A DNA stretch of 64,000 nt from an uncultured Rhodospirillaceae bacterium (GCA_964649675.1 CAZYPX010000001.1:10470-74469), one strand, 5' to 3'; positions 11,203 to 21,448 are shown, counted from the first letter of the stretch. Made by a program: numbers and translations. Notes: generated by a model from the letters alone, not told the origin.

Positions 11203-11419
11203 TTCTTCCCTTCTTTTTGCTGCTGCGCGCCCAGGCGTCAATTTCATCCAATCGAAAGCGCCACGTGCCGCCGACTTTGAAGGCAGGAATTTCGCCTCGT
11301 GTAAGAAGGGTATAGATTGAGCGTTCCGTGACCTTGAGGTAAGCGGCGACTTCCTCAACGGTAAAGACCTCTGGCAAGCGTATCTTTTGCGACTCTGTCA
11401 TAGGGCGTAAAATATTCAA
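11195..11419 (-). CDS. AlpA/Xis-family (MerR-like HTH) excisionase/regulator
   Basis: 74-aa ORF: …FTVEEVAAYLKVTERSIYTLLTRGEIPAFKVGGTWRFRLDEIDAWA, a typical phage Xis/AlpA HTH_17. It is the first gene of the minus-strand operon. Confidence 0.55.
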   Translation of the reverse strand: MNILRPMTESQKIRLPEVFTVEEVAAYLKVTERSIYTLLTRGEIPAFKVGGTWRFRLDEIDAWARSSKKKGRNV

Positions 11420-11534
11420 AACTTTTCATTCCTGCAATCCTCCGTTTGACCCCTCCGTGCATGGCGGGGATCTTGTTGGAGGAATTGCTTCAAACGTGTC
11501 AGAAGTCCAGTTCTACGGCCCTTTCTTAAATTGG

Positions 11535-11993
11535 TTAATCCACCTGTTGCGCCGTCAGGAACATCGCTTTTTCGAGAGCGGCGAAAAACTGCTGGTATGG
11601 CTGCGGATCCTCGATGGCTTGAATGTTGTACTGGGCGTTGGCCCGGACGATGAGTTGGGTGGTGCCTCTGTCTCGGACGCTGACGGTCATGCGCATGGCA
11701 TAGCCGTTAAGCTTAGTGCCGCTAACGGTTCCAAGCGTGGCGTCGGCCTTGTCGATCACGAAGCCTAAATCCTGCAGGGTGGCTATGACTGTGCGCAGCG
11801 TTTTTTGCTTGTCCGTCGTATCGAAGGCACGGCTTTGCATGCTGCGTAAGGCGACTTGGCTCTCGGATGTGGCCAGGGCTTGATCGCGGCTGTTCGTCTG
11901 ACAGGCAGCCAGTGAAAAGGCCAGCAAGGAAAGGGCAAGCATTTTGGATAATTTGGAGGACATCGATTGTTCCTTTGACGAGTTAGATTTCAT
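11535..11993 (-). CDS. lipoprotein (paralogue 1)
   Basis: Signal peptide plus lipobox LAAC. Conserved block LQDLGFVIDKADATLGTV is shared with the next gene. Confidence 0.45.
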   Translation of the reverse strand: MKSNSSKEQSMSSKLSKMLALSLLAFSLAACQTNSRDQALATSESQVALRSMQSRAFDTTDKQKTLRTVIATLQDLGFVIDKADATLGTVSGTKLNGYAMRMTVSVRDRGTTQLIVRANAQYNIQAIEDPQPYQQFFAALEKAMFLTAQQVD

Positions 11994-12576
11994 GTGCGGT
12001 TAGGAAGACGGACTGGGAAAGTTTGTCGAAGAATTCCTGATAAAGCTTCGGATCGTCCAAGGGTTCGGTTGTGGAAACCTGCCCACGGTTGTTCCAAACC
12101 ACGCGCTGGAAGGTAACGCGAGCGGCTGTCTCATTGTCACCTGTTTGACGGGTAATAAGGCTCACGCGAATTTTTTGGTTTTGATCGATGGGCATGTTCA
12201 CGCCGAACATGACGGCCATAAAGACGGCTCCCGCGACCTGTCCAGCCTCTGTGGCATCTCGATCCTTCGAGCCAACAACGACGCCAAGATCCGTTTCGCT
12301 TTCCTCAAGATTGAAACCAAGATCCTGCAAGACTTGTGCGCCTGCCGTCAGGAGCTTTTTTTCATCCTTGGTTTCAAAGCGGCGGGTTTGTGACTGTCTC
12401 TGTTGAAGGTTTTCCTGGCTTAGTTCCAAAGCTTCCTTTGGTACGGTCTGTGCGCAAGCGGTCATAATGAGCAAAAGAGAAAGGCAAAAAGCAGCTTTAC
12501 GCATCACATCCCCCTTAGAAGCTGGAGGAACGATAAGCATAGTCGCGGACGCGGCCTGCTTCGTCGAATTTAACAA
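11983..12576 (-). CDS. lipoprotein (paralogue 2)
   Basis: Lipobox IMTAC. Block LQDLGFNLEESETDLGVV is paralogous to 11535-11993. The two genes are in a tandem, overlapping arrangement. Confidence 0.45.
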   Translation of the reverse strand: MLNSTKQAASATMLIVPPASKGDVMRKAAFCLSLLLIMTACAQTVPKEALELSQENLQQRQSQTRRFETKDEKKLLTAGAQVLQDLGFNLEESETDLGVVVGSKDRDATEAGQVAGAVFMAVMFGVNMPIDQNQKIRVSLITRQTGDNETAARVTFQRVVWNNRGQVSTTEPLDDPKLYQEFFDKLSQSVFLTAHEI

Positions 12577-12964
12577 TGATGGTCAAAGTCCGCTGCGTGG
12601 TACTGGATGCGCCGGCACCGCTGCTCATACCGCCGCCAAGACCGCCCAGCAACCCAGCGCCTCCCGTTGCCCCAGCACCGCCAAAAATCAGGCCAAGGCC
12701 GCCGGAGGACGTTGAATAAACCTTCTCGGTGGCCACTTTGTCATAAACCCAGCTTTCGCGTCGCTTTTCGTCAGTTGTGACCATGTTGGGCGAGCCAAGG
12801 ACTTCAACCACCTCTGCCGAGGTCATGCCGTTGCGTATTTCACGCTGTGCGGCAGCGACTGTAAGCCTCTCCTTGTCTTGATTGGACACAGCCGCGCGGT
12901 GATCCTGCGCCGACGCACAGGCAACCAGAGGCAAAAATAAGCCAATTGTCAGAATTTTACGCAT
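12515..12964 (-). CDS. BamE(SmpA/OmlA)-like lipoprotein with C-terminal glycine-zipper
   Basis: Likely start at M19 (MRKILTIGLFLPLVAC, lipobox). It has a GMTSAEVVEVLGSPN BamE-like motif and a Gly-rich GGAGATGGAGLLGGLGGGMSSGAG stretch. Confidence 0.45.
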   Translation of the reverse strand: MRKILTIGLFLPLVACASAQDHRAAVSNQDKERLTVAAAQREIRNGMTSAEVVEVLGSPNMVTTDEKRRESWVYDKVATEKVYSTSSGGLGLIFGGAGATGGAGLLGGLGGGMSSGAGASSTTQRTLTIIVKFDEAGRVRDYAYRSSSF

Positions 12965-13093
12965 ACAAATCTCCATAGCTGCGGGAAGCAAGCACGTGAT
13001 AGCACGGTGATGTGCCAATTCCGGTCACATTGCCCCTTGGTCGCATGAGGTTTTCTGTGGCAAGGTGAGGCAAATCATTAACGAGCTAAAACC

Positions 13094-14083
13094 ATGCGTT
13101 TTGAAAAAGCGGAAGACTTGCTTAACCTTGCCTTTGCCATGCAGTCATCTGCGGATGGTGTTGCACTGGCAGAAATAGAAGAGATGTTCGAGGTCTCGCG
13201 CCGAACAGCTATGCGAATGCGCGATGCAGTCGTTCGCGTCTATCCGCAGGCCGAGGAAACCACGGACGAGAACAGGATCAAGCGCTGGCGCATTCCGAAT
13301 GCGGTGAACGGCAGACATCTCTGCCTAACCCCCGACGAACTCGCGACCCTTGATATGGCTGCCAAGGCGTTCAACGGGAAAGGCCTTGCACTACAGTCCA
13401 AGGCGCTGCGTTCGTTATGCGGAAAAATCAAAAGCTTTCAACGATGTGACATTTCACGCCGTGTCGAACCCGATCTGGAGGCGCTGATCGAAGCCGAAGG
13501 GCTTGCCGCACGTCCTGGCCCGAAGCCCAAAATCCAAGTTGAACACCTTCATTCTTTGCGCGAAGCCATTAAAGCCTGCCGCATCGTAGAGCTTCATTAT
13601 CGTGGCAAAGGCAAGAAGGACGCCGAGGTCAAACGCATTTGCCCTTACGGCTTTCTTTACGGGCACCGCCACTATCTTGTTGGCGGCGCTGCTCAGAAGG
13701 ATCGCGCGGGATCCTATTATCTCTTTTGCCTCTCCCAGATTGATGGCGTAACCATCACAAAGGAAAGCTTCCGGCGGGATCCGTCATTCAACCTGCAATC
13801 CTATGCTGAACAAGCTTTTGGCGTATGGATGGAAAAGCCGCAGGAAATTGTCTGGAAGTTCTCACCGCGTGCTGCTGTTGCTGCACGGGATTTTGTGTTC
13901 CACCCCAAGCAGACGATTGAGGAAAAAAAGGACGGTTCTCTGATCGTGCGCTTCAAGGCAGGAGGCATGCTTGAGATGGCATGGCATCTGTACATGTGGG
14001 GTGATCAGGTTGAAGTGATTAAGCCACATGAACTGAAGAAAATGTTAAAGAGCAGACCGTCAAAGTGGGAAGGTTTGCCCTAA
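13094..14083 (+). CDS. WYL-domain transcriptional regulator (HTH-WYL-WCX; BrxR/CapW-like)
   Basis: 329-aa ORF with an N-terminal HTH and a WYL core …RHYLVGGAAQKDRAGSYYLFCLSQIDGVTI. Its stop overlaps the start of the downstream nuclease gene (TAATG). Confidence 0.65.
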   Translation: MRFEKAEDLLNLAFAMQSSADGVALAEIEEMFEVSRRTAMRMRDAVVRVYPQAEETTDENRIKRWRIPNAVNGRHLCLTPDELATLDMAAKAFNGKGLALQSKALRSLCGKIKSFQRCDISRRVEPDLEALIEAEGLAARPGPKPKIQVEHLHSLREAIKACRIVELHYRGKGKKDAEVKRICPYGFLYGHRHYLVGGAAQKDRAGSYYLFCLSQIDGVTITKESFRRDPSFNLQSYAEQAFGVWMEKPQEIVWKFSPRAAVAARDFVFHPKQTIEEKKDGSLIVRFKAGGMLEMAWHLYMWGDQVEVIKPHELKKMLKSRPSKWEGLP

Positions 14084-15390
14084 TGCTCAATCCATTCGAT
14101 CAATACGATGGCGATGAAAATAGGCTAACGCATGCGTTGGCGATCACCCTTGAACGTAGCTCCGCCTTTCTAGAAGCATTTGTTAATCAATGTGGTGCGA
14201 AGCGTGCACTCGGCAAAAAAGTCAGGGTGGAGATACAAGTTGTCATGCACTCTGCTGATGCTTCTGAGGAAACAGCCATCCCAGATCTCTTACTTGTTGA
14301 TGAGGAAGGACGGCGAGGTCTCATTTTTGAGGTTAAGGTAGGCTCTCCATTGAAATTAGAGCAACTAAAGCGCCATGAATCTCGCGCTCGTGACTATGGA
14401 ATAGATGTCGCAGGTAAATACGCGATCACAGGCAGACAAATTGATGCATTGAAGATTGAACAATGGAAGCAAACTTCTATTCAGAAAGACTGGCACCACA
14501 TCGCGTGGACTGCAATTTATGAGTCAGCCAACAAACTAAAAGCTAAATGCAGCTGGTCTGCTGATCTCGCTGATTACCTTGGAATTGTAGCGGCTCAGAG
14601 AGGAGATGACGATATGGATGGTAGGGTAAAATTGACAACATTTACCGGCATTCCCTTTAAAGCACCGCATAGAAAAAAAAATCAAGAAGGCATGTATGAC
14701 TACGATCCAAACCAAGCAAAGCGACATCTATTGGCTTTAGTCGACTGCCTCGAAAGTGATCAAAGATTATTGACCGACCTTGGTTTTCTTAAAGGACAGA
14801 AACCACGGCGTCGCGGCAGTGTCGAGGTATCGAACGCTGTATGGGATTATCTCTCACCGTTGGGGCAAGAGGATCACCACATTAGCGGCTATCATTTTAC
14901 CATCGGTATCGCCACAGATCATGCAAGTGCGATGCTGACGGTTCCGAATGCAAGTGACGAATTTAGAAAATTAAGGCGATTTGTGAAAGATAAAGGCGAA
15001 GCTGCATTTGAAAAGCTTATACATAGTTTTCTCCAGAGAATTAGAGATTTAAACCTCGACAGGTTTGGTTTTCAGCCATGCATTGTCATGAAACAGCGCC
15101 GCTATAGAACCATGCGAGAGGTTTATGCAGTCGATGGTTCTTTGACATTCGATTTAAGAACGCTTGTTGGTCGTCCTGCAGAGGGGAAAGCGCCCGCCAT
15201 ACATAGGCAGCCCGAATGGACATCGTTCTGTTATCAACTTCTGAAAGATAAAAATTCAAATATCCAGTTTCAGATCGGTCTTCATTTTATGTACGGTTTT
15301 ACAGAGGAATTAAATCGGGCAGAAGCGGCTGAATATTTTAAAAATTCGCTGAGAGCTACAACAGTCTTTTTGCAGGAGTTAAAGTCTTAA
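14083..15390 (+). CDS. PD-(D/E)xK nuclease-family protein
   Basis: Carries the motif AIPDLLLVDEEGRRGLIFEVKVGS (PD…E-V-K). It is translationally coupled to the WYL regulator. An A9 homopolymer lies at 14673-14681 inside the ORF. Confidence 0.5.
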   Translation: MLNPFDQYDGDENRLTHALAITLERSSAFLEAFVNQCGAKRALGKKVRVEIQVVMHSADASEETAIPDLLLVDEEGRRGLIFEVKVGSPLKLEQLKRHESRARDYGIDVAGKYAITGRQIDALKIEQWKQTSIQKDWHHIAWTAIYESANKLKAKCSWSADLADYLGIVAAQRGDDDMDGRVKLTTFTGIPFKAPHRKKNQEGMYDYDPNQAKRHLLALVDCLESDQRLLTDLGFLKGQKPRRRGSVEVSNAVWDYLSPLGQEDHHISGYHFTIGIATDHASAMLTVPNASDEFRKLRRFVKDKGEAAFEKLIHSFLQRIRDLNLDRFGFQPCIVMKQRRYRTMREVYAVDGSLTFDLRTLVGRPAEGKAPAIHRQPEWTSFCYQLLKDKNSNIQFQIGLHFMYGFTEELNRAEAAEYFKNSLRATTVFLQELKS

Positions 15391-18300
15391 GCCACTGCCT
15401 CTTTTTCCATTCCATTCACGTACGCAGAACGATCCGCATAAGCCTTCGCCCAACAGAGCGTGTTAACGAGGCGCATCTGATCGATTGTATTGCAGGATAT
15501 CTCCAACAACCGTGGATTGGCATAAATCACGGCCAAGCATCGGGCGCGGCTGATGGCGACGTTTAGCCGGTTTCTGCTGAATAAGAATTCAATGTTGCGA
15601 GGCAATTCCTCTGCCGACGAGGTCACCATCGAAATCAGCACAACAGGCGCTTCCTGCCCTTGAAACCGGTCAACAGTGCCAACGCGCGCGCCTTCCGGCA
15701 GCGTTTTTTCCAAAAGGTCAACTTGCATATTGTAGGGCGTGACGACCAGAATATCTTCAATGCCTAGTTCGTGCTTGTCGCCAACTTCATCCACCCACGT
15801 CATACCTAACAGGCTTTCATAGGTGTGTTTGAGACGCTCGGCTTCTTCCTCGCTCTTTTGCGAACATCCTTCATGCTCGACTTCAACAAACCGCAAGCCA
15901 GCGGATATGATGGCATCCGGATCCCGATTGCCATCAGCTACAATATGCCGTCTCGCGTTATCCAGATCTGGTTGCAAACGACCATCGTACACAGCGTCTG
16001 AAATAAAGTGGCAAATCGCCGGATGCATGCGCCGCGTTGTAGCCAGGAATATCCCCTGTTCAGGCGGCACAGTCGCCGCTTCGCCAAGAAGATACTCCAG
16101 CGCAGAAAGCCCTGAGCTGCCCGGATGAATGCCTTGAATAGGCTGGGACAACTGCATCTGATCGCCAACAAGAACAATGTTCCGCGCGGACGTCCCCATA
16201 GCGACGATATTGGCAATGCTGACTTGACCAGCCTCGTCGATGAACAGGTAATCCAAAACCTGATCGAATGCCGGACGCGAAAAGAGCCAAGCTGTTCCTG
16301 CGACCAGATTATAGGCTTCGCTTTCAGCCTCTTCATTTTTCTCCGTGTTTTGGATGAAGCCCTTGCTATCTATCGCATGATCCTCGCCAGAGCATTTTTT
16401 GACCCCACGAAAATGTATGTTCTGCTCAACGGCGCGCTTTTCCACGGCGGCAAGCAAGTTATTGATTGCTTTATGAGAGTTTGAGGCAACGCCCACCCGT
16501 TTACCCTGTTTTAGCAGCTCCACAATTGCATGAGAGGATGTGTACGTCTTGCCCGTGCCCGGCGGCCCTTGGATCAGGATATGGCTGTTATCCAAACGCG
16601 CTACGGCGCTCACTGCTGCTAACGTAGGATCATCTCCCGGTTTGATAATAGGGTCGCCGTGTTGGCAACCATTGATGTGTGGCAACTCTTTACGCAAGAT
16701 GCTCGTTACGGCTGGGTATTGTCCTTGATTGCCATTCGCGACGGCCTCGGCATAGCGGAGAATGGCACCGCGCAAGACTTTGTCCTCTAACGGCCCTGGC
16801 GGAATGAGCGACAGACAATCAGGCAGATCTGTCTGTTTGTTGCTAATCTTGAGAGCAATCCGTCGGGCTTTATCGTCCAGACCTACGATGGTGCCGAAAC
16901 GCTTGCCCGTTAATGAGCTGATCGGGTCAGTTCCAACACCCATTTTGAAATCTTGTGCTGGAAACTCGAACTCATAGACGAGTGATCTGTCGCGGGGACT
17001 CAATTTGTAAGGCGTAATGGATTTGTCGAGTGTGCACTTGCCGATGCACTCAGCGTCTTCGACCATTTCCTCATCCGACATATCCAAGCGTGTAAACAGC
17101 GCCCACCAACCCGGCTTTGACTCACGGCGATGAAACTCAAGCAAGTGACCGACAAGCTCACGCCACGGCTTCTCGGTTTCAGGAACGCCTTCCTGCAGTT
17201 TTGCGATGAGTTGGGCTGTACGCGCCTCAGCCTCTTGTCGTGCGGCGTCCTTCTCCGGATTTTCGGGTTCGTCAGAATTAGGGGAAAACCAATCGACATC
17301 TGAGGGCCGCAACCTCAACAACCAATCACGGCACATCAAGGTCGAGCGGCAGTCGAATTCGTTGTAATCGGAGATTTCTCTCAGAATGGCATCATCGCCC
17401 AAAGCCCGCCATTTCTCGTACATGACAATGCTGTCACCGGCTGTCTTGACTTCACCCGCGCGTTTCTCGGCATAGAATGTTTCCATATTCTTAATGGAAT
17501 AACGCGGCTCGGAAACGCGAACGGCCTCGCGGACGACTTTGTAAAGATCGACCAGCTTCCGGTTGCGCAGAAGGAAATCAACTTCGGCCTCGCGCGTGCC
17601 GTGGTACATGGCCAAATTCTTTAGAGCCGTCTCCTCATACGCGGCGTAGTGGTAGATGTAGGCATCTGGATAGGCCGCAAGCCGAGCCATGATGAAATCC
17701 ATGACAGCCTCAAAAGCCTTTTTCTCCTCCTGGCGATCATGCGCCCAGAAAGCCTTAAACTCTGGTTCTCGCTTTTCATTTAGTAGGACGAAGCCGAACA
17801 GATATTCAAGACGCGGATTTCCGTAGTGGGGATCGCCTTCCATATCGAAGAAGAGATCGCCATCGTTAGGCCTGGGAAGACGAGCAAAACCTTTATTCGC
17901 CTGAAGAGGCAAGATTTCGCATTTGTCCTGACCATCGTCTCTCTTGGCAATTTGTAAGCGGGCTTGTTCGCGCAGGCGCGTTAAGGCATCCGGTTGCAAC
18001 TTGGGAATGGCTTGATCAACTGAAAGATTGGCTAGCTCCCGCATGCTGTTGATACCGGCACGGCGTAATTTCTTGATCTGGCTGCCCTGTATATTGGCCA
18101 CCATACGTAGATGTTCGCTCCGTTCCCATTCCTCTTCGCAACGAAATGCCCAACGGCACTTGCTGCACCGCGAACAAGGCTCGCCGGTGCGAGGCATATA
18201 TTTCTGTTTAATGAAATCTAGAAAACGCTGCCCTGCCAACCCTTGATAGTACTGGAAATCAGAAACGCGCAGTGTGACCTTGCTCTTATTGCCGAGCACG

Positions 18301-18806
18301 ACATGCAGATCACGCGGGTAAAGCCCTTGTTCTTCGGCCAGAAGATCCGAATACACATAAAGCTGGACGACATATTCCGGCTTTGCGTGCAAGGCGAGCT
18401 TCGTATCTGCAACTTCATAACTAAAATTGCCAAGTTTCGATGGCTTTTCCGTACGCAAGAGAAAATCGGCAAAGCCGTTCCATGGATCCCTGAGAAAGGC
18501 AGCCTGATAGATTACATCGACTCCGGATGCCAAAGCTTCCTTCGTCAGGGCAACCCTGCGGGTTGTCGACGTATCCTGCGGGATTTCAGCAATAGAACAA
18601 CCCAACTGCCGCAAATGCTCCAAATAGTCGTATTCATGCTGCAGCCCTTTTTGTTTCAGAAGTTCAGAGCTTTCATCGGTTTCCTTGGGCAAATCGGCTG
18701 GCGAGAAAACCTGTTGCACATCGAATAGCGTGGCACACGGACATTCCAGATACGTCACCAGATCGGAGGGAGAAAGCAACAGCCTGTTCTGTTCATCGCG
18801 GCGCAT
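15387..18806 (-). CDS. Dna2/Nhi-like nuclease-helicase (N-terminal RecB/Cas4-like Fe-S nuclease plus C-terminal SF1 helicase)
   Basis: 1139-aa ORF. N-terminus has LVTYLECPCATLFD and a Cys cluster CSRCSKCRWAFRC. C-terminus has Walker A ILIQGPPGTGKTYT, the DEAGQVS box and SF1B motifs. It is convergent with the nuclease gene, with a 4-nt overlap. Confidence 0.6.
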   Translation of the reverse strand: MRRDEQNRLLLSPSDLVTYLECPCATLFDVQQVFSPADLPKETDESSELLKQKGLQHEYDYLEHLRQLGCSIAEIPQDTSTTRRVALTKEALASGVDVIYQAAFLRDPWNGFADFLLRTEKPSKLGNFSYEVADTKLALHAKPEYVVQLYVYSDLLAEEQGLYPRDLHVVLGNKSKVTLRVSDFQYYQGLAGQRFLDFIKQKYMPRTGEPCSRCSKCRWAFRCEEEWERSEHLRMVANIQGSQIKKLRRAGINSMRELANLSVDQAIPKLQPDALTRLREQARLQIAKRDDGQDKCEILPLQANKGFARLPRPNDGDLFFDMEGDPHYGNPRLEYLFGFVLLNEKREPEFKAFWAHDRQEEKKAFEAVMDFIMARLAAYPDAYIYHYAAYEETALKNLAMYHGTREAEVDFLLRNRKLVDLYKVVREAVRVSEPRYSIKNMETFYAEKRAGEVKTAGDSIVMYEKWRALGDDAILREISDYNEFDCRSTLMCRDWLLRLRPSDVDWFSPNSDEPENPEKDAARQEAEARTAQLIAKLQEGVPETEKPWRELVGHLLEFHRRESKPGWWALFTRLDMSDEEMVEDAECIGKCTLDKSITPYKLSPRDRSLVYEFEFPAQDFKMGVGTDPISSLTGKRFGTIVGLDDKARRIALKISNKQTDLPDCLSLIPPGPLEDKVLRGAILRYAEAVANGNQGQYPAVTSILRKELPHINGCQHGDPIIKPGDDPTLAAVSAVARLDNSHILIQGPPGTGKTYTSSHAIVELLKQGKRVGVASNSHKAINNLLAAVEKRAVEQNIHFRGVKKCSGEDHAIDSKGFIQNTEKNEEAESEAYNLVAGTAWLFSRPAFDQVLDYLFIDEAGQVSIANIVAMGTSARNIVLVGDQMQLSQPIQGIHPGSSGLSALEYLLGEAATVPPEQGIFLATTRRMHPAICHFISDAVYDGRLQPDLDNARRHIVADGNRDPDAIISAGLRFVEVEHEGCSQKSEEEAERLKHTYESLLGMTWVDEVGDKHELGIEDILVVTPYNMQVDLLEKTLPEGARVGTVDRFQGQEAPVVLISMVTSSAEELPRNIEFLFSRNRLNVAISRARCLAVIYANPRLLEISCNTIDQMRLVNTLCWAKAYADRSAYVNGMEKEAVA

Positions 18807-18920
18807 TCTAAATTATCCTTATTGGAAGCGTTTAATAAGATACGACAACATGCTACCAGACAAGGGGCGTTGTAAATAATGCACACGCCAGTTTTGGTCA
18901 CATAGGATTTACGTTCGTGT

Positions 18921-20339
18921 TTAATGAATTGCCCCAAACCTTTTCCGCGCATCCTTAACAGCCTTTTTGACCATGGCTGGAGACGTTCCACCATAACTTT
19001 TTCGGCTTTTCGCGGCGGTTTCCGGCGAAAGAATAGTGAAAATCGCTGGAGTTATCCGTGGTTCAGCCTTCTGTATTTCATCAAGCTTGAGTTGATCGAG
19101 CAGACATCCTTTCTCCTCTGCCATTCTCACGATATTTCCGGTCACGTGATGCGCTTGCCTGAATGGAAGACCAAGTTCTCGCACAAGCCAATCGGCCAAA
19201 TCAGTGGCCGTGATGAATCCTTCCTGTAAAGCTGAGTCCAGAGCTGCTTTGTTTGCTTTCATATCACGCACCATGCCCGCCATAGCTGCTATCACCAAGT
19301 GCAAGGTGTCTAGCGCGTCAAAAACAGGCTCCTTGTCTTCCTGCATGTCCTTGGCATACGTGAGCGCAAGACCTTTCATGACGACAAGCAGTGTACTAAA
19401 TGAGCCGAGCAATCGACCCGTTTTTCCTCGCACAAGTTCCGCAGCATCTGGATTGCGCTTTTGAGGCATGATCGAACTGCCGGAAGTAAATGCTTCGGAA
19501 AGTTTAACAAACCCAAAGCGCGGGTTGCACCAGATAACGAACTCTTCGGCCAATCTGGACAGGTTCATGCCGATAATGCTGGCCGTTGCAAGAAATTCGA
19601 GGGCAAAATCCCTTGCAGAAACGGCGTCCATTGAATTCGCCATGGGCTTTTCGAATCCCAGTTCTTTCGCAACCATGTGTCGATCAATCGGAAATGAAGT
19701 CCCGGCCAACGCAGCAGCACCTAGCGGCATTTCATTGACGCGTTTCCTGCAATCCACGAGGCGCGCCCGATCACGGCCCAACATCTCAACGTAAGCCAGC
19801 AGATGGTGACCCATTGTAACCGGCTGGGCCGGTTGCATATGCGTGAAGCCCGGCATCAAAACGGCGGCATATTCCTCAGCCTTGTCGATCAAAGCTGCTT
19901 GCAAGTCGCGAAGAGCGGAATCCAAACCGTCAATAGCGTCCCGAAGCCATAAGCGAAAGTCGGTCGTTACCTGATCGTTCCGTGAACGCGCGGTATGAAG
20001 CCTCTTGGCTGGTTCTCCGATCAATTCGCTCAGCCGAGATTCGATGTTCATATGAACGTCCTCAAGAGTACGCGAAAATTTGAACTGACCCGTCTCTATT
20101 TCCTTCTGTATCTTGTCCAGCCCTTTGTCGATCGCTTTCGCATCTTTCTGGCTGATGATCCCGCAAGCCGCGAGCATATTGGCATGGGCTTTCGAGGCGA
20201 GGATGTCGTGCGCATAAAGCCGCTTGTCCACGTCGACGGACGCGTTGATCTCGGCCATGATCGCGGCAGGCCCTTGCGAATAATGGCCACCCCACAATGG
20301 ATTAGCTGCATTCTTTTTTGATCCCAATTTGCGCTTCAT
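18921..20339 (-). CDS. argH: argininosuccinate lyase-family enzyme (ArgH-like; island copy)
   Basis: 472-aa ORF with the fumarase/aspartase-superfamily signature [12 protein letters not shown] and an N-terminal WGGHYSQGP, as in ArgH. Confidence 0.75.
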   Translation of the reverse strand: MKRKLGSKKNAANPLWGGHYSQGPAAIMAEINASVDVDKRLYAHDILASKAHANMLAACGIISQKDAKAIDKGLDKIQKEIETGQFKFSRTLEDVHMNIESRLSELIGEPAKRLHTARSRNDQVTTDFRLWLRDAIDGLDSALRDLQAALIDKAEEYAAVLMPGFTHMQPAQPVTMGHHLLAYVEMLGRDRARLVDCRKRVNEMPLGAAALAGTSFPIDRHMVAKELGFEKPMANSMDAVSARDFALEFLATASIIGMNLSRLAEEFVIWCNPRFGFVKLSEAFTSGSSIMPQKRNPDAAELVRGKTGRLLGSFSTLLVVMKGLALTYAKDMQEDKEPVFDALDTLHLVIAAMAGMVRDMKANKAALDSALQEGFITATDLADWLVRELGLPFRQAHHVTGNIVRMAEEKGCLLDQLKLDEIQKAEPRITPAIFTILSPETAAKSRKSYGGTSPAMVKKAVKDARKRFGAIH

Positions 20340-20342
20340 GTT

Positions 20343-21440
20343 TTATCCATTCGTGAAGGATTGGATGACGTTTTTGTAAACGGTTATGGCGCTTCGAATA
20401 GACGATAAGCTCGCATATTCATCAGCTATATGGGCCTGTTTAATGCTGCCGGGGCCAAGAATTATGCTTGGCGCTGTGGCAAAAGCCATATCACAGTTTC
20501 CGTTAAAAACGCACTCAGGCTCGTCTGAATAGTTTGCACGAAAGGCTTTCACAATTTTGGAATCCGGAGGGTTCTGCATAGGGTGCCTGCGATCAAACAA
20601 GACCTCTGCATCCACCCCTGTTTCCCGTATCGCCTGTATAACCCACTCGTTATTTCTCTCCGGTGTCGTGCGAATATCGAGGGTCGTTTCTATTAGCGAG
20701 GGTATCTGGTTGGCACTTTTACCACCTTGAACGATAGTCGGCTCTATCGTTGCCCCTCCCCACGGGGAATTGTCCTTTAGATCAATGGCACGAATAGCAA
20801 CTATATCTCGCAACAGCTTATCAATCGCGTTCTTGCCTTCCCACGGCGTGGAGGCATGGCATCCGATGCCACGTGATTTAATCTTGATGCCAATGGCTCC
20901 CCTCATTGCCGATGCCATTTGCAAATCGGTAGGTTCCCCAAAGATAGCGGCATCGTACCGAGGCAAGTCCGGCTCAATTTTAACAAAGCCATTCGGGCCT
21001 GTTTCCTCTTCCGCAACCAGACACAAAATTACCTTTCCGCATCTGAGTGGCTGCACAAGGCGGGTTGCTGCTATGAGGCTGACCACGGAGGCTCCAGCGT
21101 CATTCGCGCCAAGTCCAAAAAGTTTGTCGCCCTCAATTTCCGCGCCAAAAGGATTCTTCGTCCAGTTGTCCAGAACTTGTACAGTATCTATATGGCTGCA
21201 CAGAAGGAGCGTCGGGCCTTCTGATTGACCTTCCAATTCTACTATCAGGTTGTTGCCAATTCGCCTGACCTTGTCCGAAAAATAGGCGCGCAAAAGTCCT
21301 TGAAGATAATCGGCAGCTTTTGCTTCCTCCTTGGAAAGCGAGGGAATGGCAACCAACGATTGAAGAGTCGATATAGCCTCTTGAAAAATCAATTCCGCAT
21401 CCATTTTCTTCCTCCCCGAAAAATTGGTCACCATTCCCAT
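20343..21440 (-). CDS. M20-family metallopeptidase (ArgE/DapE-like deacylase)
   Basis: 365-aa ORF with LLLCSHIDTV…GANDAGASV…AEEETG motifs typical of M20 ArgE/DapE. It starts 4 nt after argH-like. Confidence 0.6.
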   Translation of the reverse strand: MGMVTNFSGRKKMDAELIFQEAISTLQSLVAIPSLSKEEAKAADYLQGLLRAYFSDKVRRIGNNLIVELEGQSEGPTLLLCSHIDTVQVLDNWTKNPFGAEIEGDKLFGLGANDAGASVVSLIAATRLVQPLRCGKVILCLVAEEETGPNGFVKIEPDLPRYDAAIFGEPTDLQMASAMRGAIGIKIKSRGIGCHASTPWEGKNAIDKLLRDIVAIRAIDLKDNSPWGGATIEPTIVQGGKSANQIPSLIETTLDIRTTPERNNEWVIQAIRETGVDAEVLFDRRHPMQNPPDSKIVKAFRANYSDEPECVFNGNCDMAFATAPSIILGPGSIKQAHIADEYASLSSIRSAITVYKNVIQSFTNG

Positions 21441-21448
21441 ATCAGCGT

